From positions 44,050-108,049 of the forward strand of contig CAWGAC010000022.1 of NCBI GenBank assembly GCA_963820435.1: a stretch of DNA of 64,000 nucleotides. The letters run 5' to 3'. Below, piece by piece: positions 45,164 to 52,907 of this stretch (within the stretch, counting starts at the first letter, position 1; every line of letters begins with the position of its first letter). Below the pieces are notes generated by a model. That model did no database searches. It saw only the letters and a list, made by a program, of their open reading frames with translations, and had not been told where the DNA came from. This DNA is from an uncultured Spirochaetota bacterium (GTDB lineage: Bacteria > Spirochaetota > Spirochaetia > SZUA-6 > Fen-1364). Made by a program: the position numbers and the translations under genes.

Positions 45164-46996
45164 ATGTGTGGAATATTCGGCTACGCGGGACCGGATGCGA
45201 ACCCTGAAATCCTGATCGAAGGCATCAAGAGACTGGAGTATCGGGGCTACGACTCCTGGGGCGTCTGCGTCGCGTTCAACGATCAGCTCTCCATGCTTCG
45301 GCGGGTAGGGAGAATCGGCGGGGTGGACGCCGGCGCGCTCGGCCTTGCTTCTCACGGGTCCGCCGGCGCGGGCATCGCCCATACGCGCTGGGCCACGCAC
45401 GGCGCGCCCACTGAAATAAACGCGCATCCCCATGTGGACTGCTCGGGGAAAATCGCCGTCATCCACAACGGCATCATCGAAAACCATTCGGCCCTGCGCA
45501 CCAAGCTCATCTCGCAGGGGCATCGATTCGTCAGTGAAACGGACACGGAGGTCATTCCTCACCTCATCGAGGAGCTGTTGAAAACGGAGCCTACATTTTC
45601 CGCGGCGTTTCTTGCCGCAATGAAGCTCCTGACCGGTGCCTACGGCATTGCCACCTTGTGGGCGGGGGAGCCCGGCTCGGTTCACGTGGCACGGCACGGC
45701 AGCCCCATCGTGCTCGGGCTGGGAAAGAACAAGACGCTCGTGGCGAGTGACCCGGCGCCGCTTGTGGCCCATACGCGCGAGGTGATCTACCTGGATGACG
45801 GTGAAACCGCCATCCTGCATTGCGACGGATTCGAGACCCGGACGCTGGAGGGCGCGCCCGTCAGCAAGCGCGTGCAGCAGATCGCCTTCAGCCTGCCGGA
45901 CGTCGAAAGGGGCGGGTTTCCCCATTTCATGCTCAAGGAAATCTCCGAGCAGCCCGAATCCATCCACAATGCCTTCCGCGGCAGGATCGTGCGCTCCGAG
46001 GGCACCGCCAAGCTGGGGGGGGTCGAAGAGGTGCTCCTTAGAAAGACGAAGCGCTGCCACATCGTTGCCTGCGGCACCTCGTGGAACGCGGGCATGATCG
46101 GAAAATACCTGCTGGAGAACCTCGCGCGAATCCCCACGCAGGTGACCTACGGAGCCGAGTTTCGCTATTCCCACCCCGTCATCGAGCCGGACACCATGGT
46201 GATCGCCGTCAGCCAGTCCGGGGAGACCGCGGACACCCTTGCCGGCGTGCGCGAGGCGAAGCTCGCGGGCGCGGAGACCATCGGCATCTGCAACGTGGTC
46301 GGATCGAGCATCGCCCGGGAGTGCGGCAAAGGCATCTATATTCACGCCGGCCCCGAGATCGGCGTTGCCTCCACCAAGGCATTCACGAGCCAGCTCGTGG
46401 TCCTGAGCCTTCTTGCGGTGCACATGGGGCGCATGCGCGGGCTTTCGCTGCGCGCGGGGATTCTCTACCTGGACGCGCTGGAGCGCCTGCCCGAGCAGAC
46501 GGCGCACATACTCGCGCAGAAGGACCGCATCGCGGAGATCGCCCGAAAGTACGCGCGCTGCGACAATTTCCTGTTCGTGGGCAGGCTGTACGAGTACCCC
46601 ACGGCGCTGGAAGGGGCTTTGAAGCTGAAAGAGATCTCCTACATTCACGCCGAAGGCGTGCAGGCCGCCGAGATGAAGCACGGCCCCATTGCCCTGATCG
46701 AACCGGGAGTGCCCACCGTGCTCCTGGCAGCCCAGGCGGAGATCAGGGACAAGATGATGGGCAACGCGAACGAGATCCTGGCGCGCAAGGGCAAGATCAT
46801 CGCGGTGGCGCAGGAGGGAGACGATGAGCTTGCGAAGCTCGCCGAGGACGTGATCTACATTCCCCGGACGCTCGACCCGCTGGTGCCCATCCTGTCCGTC
46901 ATCCCCCTGCAGCTCTTTGCCTACTATACGGCGGTCGAGCGCGGATGCGACGTGGACAAGCCGCGCAACCTCGCCAAGAGCGTGACGGTGGAGTAG
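45164..46996 (+). CDS. glmS: Glutamine--fructose-6-phosphate aminotransferase
   Basis: Intact 610 aa. MCGIFGY.. N-terminal nucleophile, two SIS domains, C-terminal ..NLAKSVTVE. Confidence 0.95.
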   Translation: MCGIFGYAGPDANPEILIEGIKRLEYRGYDSWGVCVAFNDQLSMLRRVGRIGGVDAGALGLASHGSAGAGIAHTRWATHGAPTEINAHPHVDCSGKIAVIHNGIIENHSALRTKLISQGHRFVSETDTEVIPHLIEELLKTEPTFSAAFLAAMKLLTGAYGIATLWAGEPGSVHVARHGSPIVLGLGKNKTLVASDPAPLVAHTREVIYLDDGETAILHCDGFETRTLEGAPVSKRVQQIAFSLPDVERGGFPHFMLKEISEQPESIHNAFRGRIVRSEGTAKLGGVEEVLLRKTKRCHIVACGTSWNAGMIGKYLLENLARIPTQVTYGAEFRYSHPVIEPDTMVIAVSQSGETADTLAGVREAKLAGAETIGICNVVGSSIARECGKGIYIHAGPEIGVASTKAFTSQLVVLSLLAVHMGRMRGLSLRAGILYLDALERLPEQTAHILAQKDRIAEIARKYARCDNFLFVGRLYEYPTALEGALKLKEISYIHAEGVQAAEMKHGPIALIEPGVPTVLLAAQAEIRDKMMGNANEILARKGKIIAVAQEGDDELAKLAEDVIYIPRTLDPLVPILSVIPLQLFAYYTAVERGCDVDKPRNLAKSVTVE

Positions 46997-47000
46997 GGCA

Positions 47001-48233
47001 ATGGACACGCAGATCGTCCTCTTCGAAGACCACCTCCTGTGCGACATGAGCCCCATCACGCTGACCCGCCCGGCCTTTGCCGTGACGTGCGCCTGCTACA
47101 CGCTGTTCGACATCGTCTCCGCGGCGGCGGGCGGCGTCGGATGGGTGGTGCGTGATTATCTCTCCAAGTCCGCCGCCCTTCGCTATGCCCGTCAGCCCCT
47201 GGGCGCGGGGCCGAAGCTCTTCCTCAACGCGTCGATCGTGCCGGATGTGCGCTACGCCGAGCGGATTCGCGCGCTCGCCGCGGACGCGCGCCCTTTCGTG
47301 GCCACCGCGGGGGGAAGGGTATCGGCCGCGTTCCTGCCGGCGGGCGTGTCGGTGCCGAGCCCGCTCACCTCGGAGAACGTCACCCCGTGGCTCCTGGAGC
47401 TGAAGCTGCCCCTGCACGACGACGAGTATTTCAAGACACTCGATCACCAGTACGAAGTGATCAAGTACATGGAGCCGCTGTTTCCCGGGAACATCGCGGA
47501 GCGCATCCGAACCGGATCGTACCGTGAATGGAAACCGGGCGTGTTCTGCGCGGAGAACGTCTTCGTCGCGGACACAGCGGTCTTTCGCACCCGTGAGGGG
47601 CCCGTGGTCCTGGAGCGCGAGGTGGAGGCGCTGGACTTCACGTACTTCGTCGGCCCCGTGCACGTGGGGGCAAAATCTCGCGTCATCGAGCGGGCGTCGC
47701 TGAAGGACCGGGTCTGCGTGGGGGAGACCTGCAAGATCGGCGGCGAGGTGGAGGCGAGCGTCATCGAGAGCTTCACCAACAAGCAGCATCACGGTTTCCT
47801 CGGGCACTCCTGGGTGGGCTCGTGGGTGAATCTCGGCGCGGGCACGAGCAACAGCGATTTGAAAAACACCTATGGCGAGGTGCGCCTGGAATACCCGCAT
47901 CGGCGGGTGGACACCGGAATGCAGTTCCTGGGCTGCATGATCGGAGACTTCGCCAAGAGCGCGATCAACACGAGCATCTTCACGGGGAAAATCATCGGCG
48001 TCGCGAGCATGCTGTATGGCTCCATCGGTTCCAATGTGCCCAGCTTCTGCAACTATGCGCGCTCGTTCGGCCAGATCACCGAATGCCCGGTGGATCAGGC
48101 CATCCTGATCCAGAAGCGGATGTTCGCGCGCCGCGGCATCCAACAGACTGCCGAGGACGCGGAATTGCTGCGAACGGTTTTCGAGCTGACGCGCACCGAG
48201 CGGCTGATTTCAGACGAACCTCCGTCACTGTAG
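47001..48233 (+). CDS. GlmU-like sugar nucleotidyltransferase / left-handed beta-helix acyltransferase (alternative GlmU type)
   Basis: Intact 410 aa. The C-terminal hexapeptide-repeat region is ..VGETCKIGGEVEASVIES..LGAGTSNSDLKNTYG.. It starts 4 nt after glmS. Confidence 0.55.
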   Translation: MDTQIVLFEDHLLCDMSPITLTRPAFAVTCACYTLFDIVSAAAGGVGWVVRDYLSKSAALRYARQPLGAGPKLFLNASIVPDVRYAERIRALAADARPFVATAGGRVSAAFLPAGVSVPSPLTSENVTPWLLELKLPLHDDEYFKTLDHQYEVIKYMEPLFPGNIAERIRTGSYREWKPGVFCAENVFVADTAVFRTREGPVVLEREVEALDFTYFVGPVHVGAKSRVIERASLKDRVCVGETCKIGGEVEASVIESFTNKQHHGFLGHSWVGSWVNLGAGTSNSDLKNTYGEVRLEYPHRRVDTGMQFLGCMIGDFAKSAINTSIFTGKIIGVASMLYGSIGSNVPSFCNYARSFGQITECPVDQAILIQKRMFARRGIQQTAEDAELLRTVFELTRTERLISDEPPSL

Positions 48234-48267
48234 ACGGCAGCCCGCAAGGCCCGTGCCGCGTGCCAGC

Positions 48268-48297
48268 GCTCAAACGCACATTTGAGCATGCTTTTCA
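48268..48297 (+). terminator. Intrinsic terminator candidate after the glmS operon
   Basis: GCTCAAA-cgcaca-TTTGAGC at 48268-48287, followed by atgCTTTTC. Confidence 0.5.
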
Positions 48298-48348
48298 TTG
48301 TCTGCTGCGCGCCGTATTGACAGAGATCGACCTCCTGATGTTAACATC

Positions 48349-48385
48349 GGCTATCTATGCATAGACTGTCTATGCATAGATAGCC
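48349..48385. promoter_or_regulatory. 37-nt perfect palindrome containing two TCTATGCATAGA boxes (probable operator)
   Basis: GGCTATCTATGCATAGAC-T-GTCTATGCATAGATAGCC: 18-nt perfect arms around T48367. It starts 27 nt after a TTGACA at 48317-48322 and ends 24 nt before ATG 48409. Confidence 0.6.
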
Positions 48386-48408
48386 ATATTATTCGAGGAG
48401 GGTCGATC

Positions 48409-49095
48409 ATGCGGAAGACTTTGGCTGTTCTGATTCTGCTCGGGCTTGTGGCCTTTGCCCTGCCCATGACAGCCGCTGCCCTGGGGCTGGACGTCGAGGC
48501 GAAGGCGGGGGCCGGCATCGGGCTGGGAACGACTGACAACCCAGATATTACGGGTTCGCCACGTCTCTCGGCAGGCGGCGGGGTGGGCCTTGATTTCTAC
48601 CTGATCAGCCTCGGACCGGTTGACCTTGGGCTTTCCGCCGGAGTCGAATACTCGCATTCGACGTTCCACTACACGTGGAGCAATGTCCGCATTTCCGGGA
48701 AGCGACCTGGTTGCCGATGCAACCTACGGCTACCTGAACATTCCCATTTCTCTCGTATGCAAACTTCCCGTCACGGAGTCCATCCAGGTCATTCTTCGCG
48801 CCGGCGGGTTTATCGGCTTCTTTGAGCTCGGGCTTTGCGGACAATACGGGATTTCCGCTACCTGGCCGGCCGGGATACGCTGGATGACACCAACACGATT
48901 TCCATGGCATATGGTCTGCATTTCACGGCAGGGACGGACATCGACCTGGGAAGCGGCTTCATCCTGGCTCCGGGGCTCCAGTTCGACATGGGGCTCACGG
49001 ACATAACCAAGAACACCCTTCCGTTCCCCGGCAAGTTCAACGACACCTTGTGGGCGCTCACGGTTGTAGTGGGGATCAAGTACAAGGTACTTTGA
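48409..49095 (+). pseudogene. Outer-membrane beta-barrel protein, about 2 frame breaks
   Basis: Signal peptide MRKTLAVLILLGLVAFALPMTAAA plus alternating beta-strand pattern in ORF 48298 frame. This continues as ..SDLVADATYGYLNIPISLVCKLPV.. (ORF 48620 frame) and ..ISMAYGLHFTAGTDIDLGSGFILAPGLQFDMGL..VVVGIKYKVL (ORF 48835 frame). Breaks near 48690 and 48830. Confidence 0.6.
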
Positions 49096-49110
49096 CCAGA
49101 GGAACGTTTC

Positions 49111-49143
49111 ATGCCGCCCGGACCCCCGGGCGGCATTTTCTCT
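49111..49143 (+). terminator. Intrinsic terminator
   Basis: ATGCCGCCCGG-accc-CCGGGCGGCAT (11-bp stem) followed by TTTTCTCT, 16 nt after the OMP stop. Confidence 0.7.
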
Positions 49144-49249
49144 AATACGGAGCGATGCGGTTTGACAACTTCACGGAGTAGGCATACGCTATAGGCGCTT
49201 CAAGTTGTGGCTTCCTGGTGTCGGGTTCATGGCGCAAGGAGGTTTGAAT

Positions 49250-49492
49250 ATGCAAAATCTGGAGAAGGTTCAGACGGAAATCCAGAAGGTGATCGGAGAG
49301 GATCCCACTATTCGGGAAGCAAACCGCATCATCGTCACCGTCGAAAAAAAGAGCATCTGGAAAGGCGGCAAGGAAGTCGTGCTCCTGAAGGGCAGTGTGC
49401 ACTCGGAGAGCGACAAGGCGAAGGTGAACGCGATTGCCCGGCAGCACGCCTCAGGCCGCGAGGTGGTGGACTCCATCACGGTCCTGACTTAG
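49250..49492 (+). CDS. BON-domain-like small protein
   Basis: ATG 49250 after AAGGAGG. ..IIVTVEKKS..VVLLKGSVHSESDKAKVNAIARQHASGREVVDSITV fits the BON pattern. Confidence 0.5.
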   Translation: MQNLEKVQTEIQKVIGEDPTIREANRIIVTVEKKSIWKGGKEVVLLKGSVHSESDKAKVNAIARQHASGREVVDSITVLT

Positions 49493-49878
49493 GACCGGGA
49501 CACGGATTCTTCCAACGGCCCCGGGTACTTCTTCACAGTCTCGTAGACGAACCGCGCTACGGCGGGCTCGATCTGCCCGCTGGCCTTCCAGAATCGCTCC
49601 GCCACAGGATCCCTGCTGAACTCGCCATCCGCAATGATCACCGGTGTCATTTTTGCGTGTCCCGGGACTTCCCCCGCATCGATGCGGTTGTGCTGGAACC
49701 CGTGCTCCCGGGTCCACGTGAGAGCGCGCTCATGATCGAGCTTGTCATAACAGAGCTGGAAACCAAGGAGCGTCCTGTCCTCCGCGTACCACACGATGAG
49801 ATCAAAATACTCATCAGTGAACCAGCGGCGAAAGCCTTCTCCCTCTATCTGTCGTGGGTTGCGTATCTCAGTGAGCAT
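49489..49878 (-). CDS. Hypothetical 129-aa protein
   Basis: Non-repetitive (..FRRWFTDEYFDLIVWYAEDRTLLGFQLCYDK..), with GGAGG upstream of the start. No family assignment. Confidence 0.5.
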   Translation of the reverse strand: MLTEIRNPRQIEGEGFRRWFTDEYFDLIVWYAEDRTLLGFQLCYDKLDHERALTWTREHGFQHNRIDAGEVPGHAKMTPVIIADGEFSRDPVAERFWKASGQIEPAVARFVYETVKKYPGPLEESVSRS

Positions 49879-49935
49879 TCCTGAGCCTCCTTCTCACTTG
49901 ACTTTCTGCCTTGCTGTTCCTACCTATGAATTATA

Positions 49936-50484
49936 ATGAACACCGCCGATCACGTCGCCCTCCTCAGGGGGGCCCTGCAGGCGCCCGGGGGAGCATGGGC
50001 GGACCTGGGATCGGGATCCGGAGCATTCACTCTCGCGTTGGCGGAGCTGCTCGGCCCCGAGGCCAGGATCTGGTCTGTGGACAGCGACGCGCGCTCTCTC
50101 CGTGTCCAGGAACGTGAGCTGGCGGCGCGGTTTCCCCTCCTGCGCGTGCAGCTTCTCCACGCGGATTTCAATGACAGGCTGGACATCTCCGGGCTGGACG
50201 GCATCGTGATGGCCAACTCCCTGCATTTTCAGAAGGACGCGTGCGCGGTGCTTTCCCACGTCTCTCGATGGCTGAAGCCGGGCGGGAGAATTGTCGTTGT
50301 CGAGTATGACATCGAAACGCCCAATCCATGGGTCCCCTATCCGCTGCCGTTTTCCCGGCTTCCCGCGGCGGCTGCCTGTGCCCGGTTGTCCGAACCGCGG
50401 CTGCTTGACTCCCGGCCGAGCCGCTATCATCGCAGGGTCTATTCCGCCTTCTGTGAGAAACCAGCGCTCACCGACGCCCGGTAA
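49936..50484 (+). CDS. Class I SAM-dependent methyltransferase
   Basis: Motif I ..WADLGSGSGAFTLALAE.. and post-I ..IWSVDSD.. Confidence 0.7.
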   Translation: MNTADHVALLRGALQAPGGAWADLGSGSGAFTLALAELLGPEARIWSVDSDARSLRVQERELAARFPLLRVQLLHADFNDRLDISGLDGIVMANSLHFQKDACAVLSHVSRWLKPGGRIVVVEYDIETPNPWVPYPLPFSRLPAAAACARLSEPRLLDSRPSRYHRRVYSAFCEKPALTDAR

Positions 50485-50493
50485 TAATGGCTC

Positions 50494-51652
50494 TCAGCCG
50501 GTGCGGCCGGAAAGAGGCACATAGGGCCGCTCCGCGGGCCCCTTGTACAGGCTCTCGGGCCTGTAGATCCGGTTGTTGTGCTCCCTCTGCTCAAGGACGT
50601 GCGCGAGCCATCCGGCCACCCGGGCCATGGCGAAAATAGGGGTGAAAAGAAGCTTGGGAATGCCCAGCAGGGTGTAGACGGCGCCCGAGAAGAAATCCAC
50701 GTTCGGATAGAGCGGCTTGCCCTTCTCTTCCATCCGCTCGCGGAACTGCTTCTCGACCTCTTTCAGTATCTCGTAAAGGCGTCCGTCCCCCTTCTTCTCC
50801 GAAAGCTCCTTGAGGAACTCCTCCATGACGTAGGAGCGCGGATCCTTCACCTTGTACTCGCGGTGCCCCATGCCGGGGACCTTTCGCTTTTCCGCGATGG
50901 CCTTGTCCATCCAGGCGCCCACCCGTTCCCGGGAACCGATGGCATCCACCATGTCCATCACCTTCTCGTTGGCTCCCCCGTGGAGTGATCCGTGCAGAGC
51001 GCCCATGGCCGCCGAGATGCTGCAGTAGCACGTGGAGTTGGTGGATGCCACCACGCGCGCCGTAAAGGTGGACGCATTGAACTCGTGCTCCGCGTGCAGC
51101 ACGAGGCAGGCGTCCATGATCCTTCCCTCGTACTCCTCCGGCTCGGTCCCCCGGAGCATGTAGAGGAAGTTCGCGCCGTGAGAGAGGTCCAGCCGCGGCT
51201 GCACAAGGTCCTTGCCCTCCCGGAACCGCTGGTAGGCTGCCACCACGCTCGCCACCTGCACGACCTGGTGCAGGGTCTGGCGGCAGTTGCACGTGGTTGA
51301 ATGCTGGATCGTGTGTTCCACGTAGCTGGAGATGTAGGCCACAACGGATTGGAGGAGCTGCATGGGATGCGCGCCCGGGGGGAACGCCTTTATCATCTCC
51401 TCGACCTGCGCCGGGATTGTCCCGGCTTGCCCTCATGCGCCGGCGCCATTCAGCCAGCTCCGCGGCGGACGGGAGCTTTTCGTAGAGGAGGAGGTAGGTG
51501 ACCTCCTCGAAGTCCGAGCTCCTGGCCAGCTCCTCTATGGCATAGCCGCGGTAGTACAGCTTGCCTTTCTGGCCGTCGATGCGGCACACGGTCGTCTCAT
51601 CCGCGATAATCCCTTCGAGCCCCTTCGAATAGGTTCCGGTTTCCAGGCTCAT
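50494..51652 (-). pseudogene. gltA: Citrate synthase, one frame break
   Basis: N-terminal 80 aa (MSLETGTYSKGLEGIIADETTVCRIDG..) are in ORF 50591..51652. The rest (TIPAQVEEMIKAFPPGAHPM..GALHGSLHGGANE..PGMGHREYK..) is in ORF 50494..51396. Extra base near 51420. Confidence 0.85.
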
Positions 51653-51680
51653 GCTGCTCGGCCTCCCTCGTTGCGCGCGT

Positions 51681-52904
51681 CTATGCTTCGATGAACAGGC
51701 GCCATGGATCCTCCACGAGCTCTTTCACCCTGCGAAGGAAAGTCACCGCTTCCTTGCCGTCGATGAGGCGATGATCATAGGTAAGCGCCACGTACATCAT
51801 CGGCCTTATCACCACTTTCTCCCCGTCCGCCGCCTGCTCCGCAACCGGTCTTCTCTGGATGGTGTGCATGCCGAGAATTGCCGACTGGGGATAGTTGAGC
51901 AGGGGAGTGGAGAGGAGCGAGCCGAACACGCCGCCGTTCGTGATGCTGAAAGTGCCTCCCGCGAGCTCGTCCGGCAGGATCTTCTTGTCACGCGCCCGGG
52001 CGGCCAGGTCAGCGATGGCGGATTCCAGCCCGGCCAGCCCGAGCTTGTCCGCGCTCCTGATGACGGGAACCAGGAGCCCCCTGTCCGTGGAGACGGCCAC
52101 GCCGAGGTCGAAGGTTTCGCTGTAGACGATCTCATCTCCCTCGATGCGCGCATTCACCACGGGCATCTCCGCCAGGGCCATGCAGCACGCTTTGACGAAG
52201 AAGGACATGAACCCCAGCTTCACCCCGTGCGCGCGCTCGAACTCGTCGCGATACCGTGCGCGCAGGTCGGTGATCTTCTGCATGTTCACCTCGTTGAAGG
52301 TGGTGAGGGAGGCGGTTGCGTGCTGCGCCTCCACGAGCCGCGCCGCGATGCGTTTGCGCAGGGTGGTCATGGGCACCCGTCGGCCGCCGTTGGCCAGCGT
52401 GACGGGCGCCGAATCCGCATCGCGGTACGCCGCGGATCCGCGGGTACCGCGGCGCGGCGGAGCCGGCGCGGTGCGGCGGCGCGCGGGCGCCGCGGCGCTG
52501 CGGCGCGGCTGGCCGCGGCGCGGGCTCCGGAGCGCGAACCACGGTCGGGGCGGCGGGCGCGGCTGCGACCTGCCCTGCGGAGGCCGGGGCGCCGAATCCG
52601 CGGGGTACCGCGGCGCGGAGGCCTGCGCGGCCGAGCTCTTCGCGGTGGACCGGGAAGCCGCGGCAGTCTTCTCCACATCCACCGCCCCCACGACCTGTCC
52701 GATCGTCACCTCTGTGCCTGCAGCAACGGAAATCGAAAGGGAGCCGGTAGCGGGAGCGGGCACCGTCACGGTTGCCTTGTCGGTTTCCAGCTCGAAAAGG
52801 TCGCTCCCTTCCTCCACGTGGTCCCCTTCCGCTTTCAGCCAGGAGGCGAGGATCCCCTGCGTGACCGATTCGCCCACGGAAGGCACCTTGATGTCCAGCT
52901 TCAC
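51681..52904 (-). CDS. sucB: Dihydrolipoamide succinyltransferase (2-oxoglutarate dehydrogenase E2)
   Basis: Lipoyl domain (..[16 protein letters not shown]..) and catalytic domain (..[27 protein letters not shown]..). The ~95-aa linker is R/P/A-rich with no recognisable E3-binding domain. Confidence 0.8.
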   Translation of the reverse strand: MKLDIKVPSVGESVTQGILASWLKAEGDHVEEGSDLFELETDKATVTVPAPATGSLSISVAAGTEVTIGQVVGAVDVEKTAAASRSTAKSSAAQASAPRYPADSAPRPPQGRSQPRPPPRPWFALRSPRRGQPRRSAAAPARRRTAPAPPRRGTRGSAAYRDADSAPVTLANGGRRVPMTTLRKRIAARLVEAQHATASLTTFNEVNMQKITDLRARYRDEFERAHGVKLGFMSFFVKACCMALAEMPVVNARIEGDEIVYSETFDLGVAVSTDRGLLVPVIRSADKLGLAGLESAIADLAARARDKKILPDELAGGTFSITNGGVFGSLLSTPLLNYPQSAILGMHTIQRRPVAEQAADGEKVVIRPMMYVALTYDHRLIDGKEAVTFLRRVKELVEDPWRLFIEA

Positions 52905-52907
52905 GTT

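Noticed and set aside
44660-47059. 799-aa ORF on the minus strand
   Set aside because: It is entirely antisense to the strongly conserved glmS gene. The sequence is R/G/A/P-rich and low-complexity, with no recognisable motifs. This is a typical shadow ORF of a high-GC genome.
46899-48143. 414-aa minus-strand ORF
   Set aside because: It is antisense to the GlmU-like gene and has biased composition with no family resemblance.
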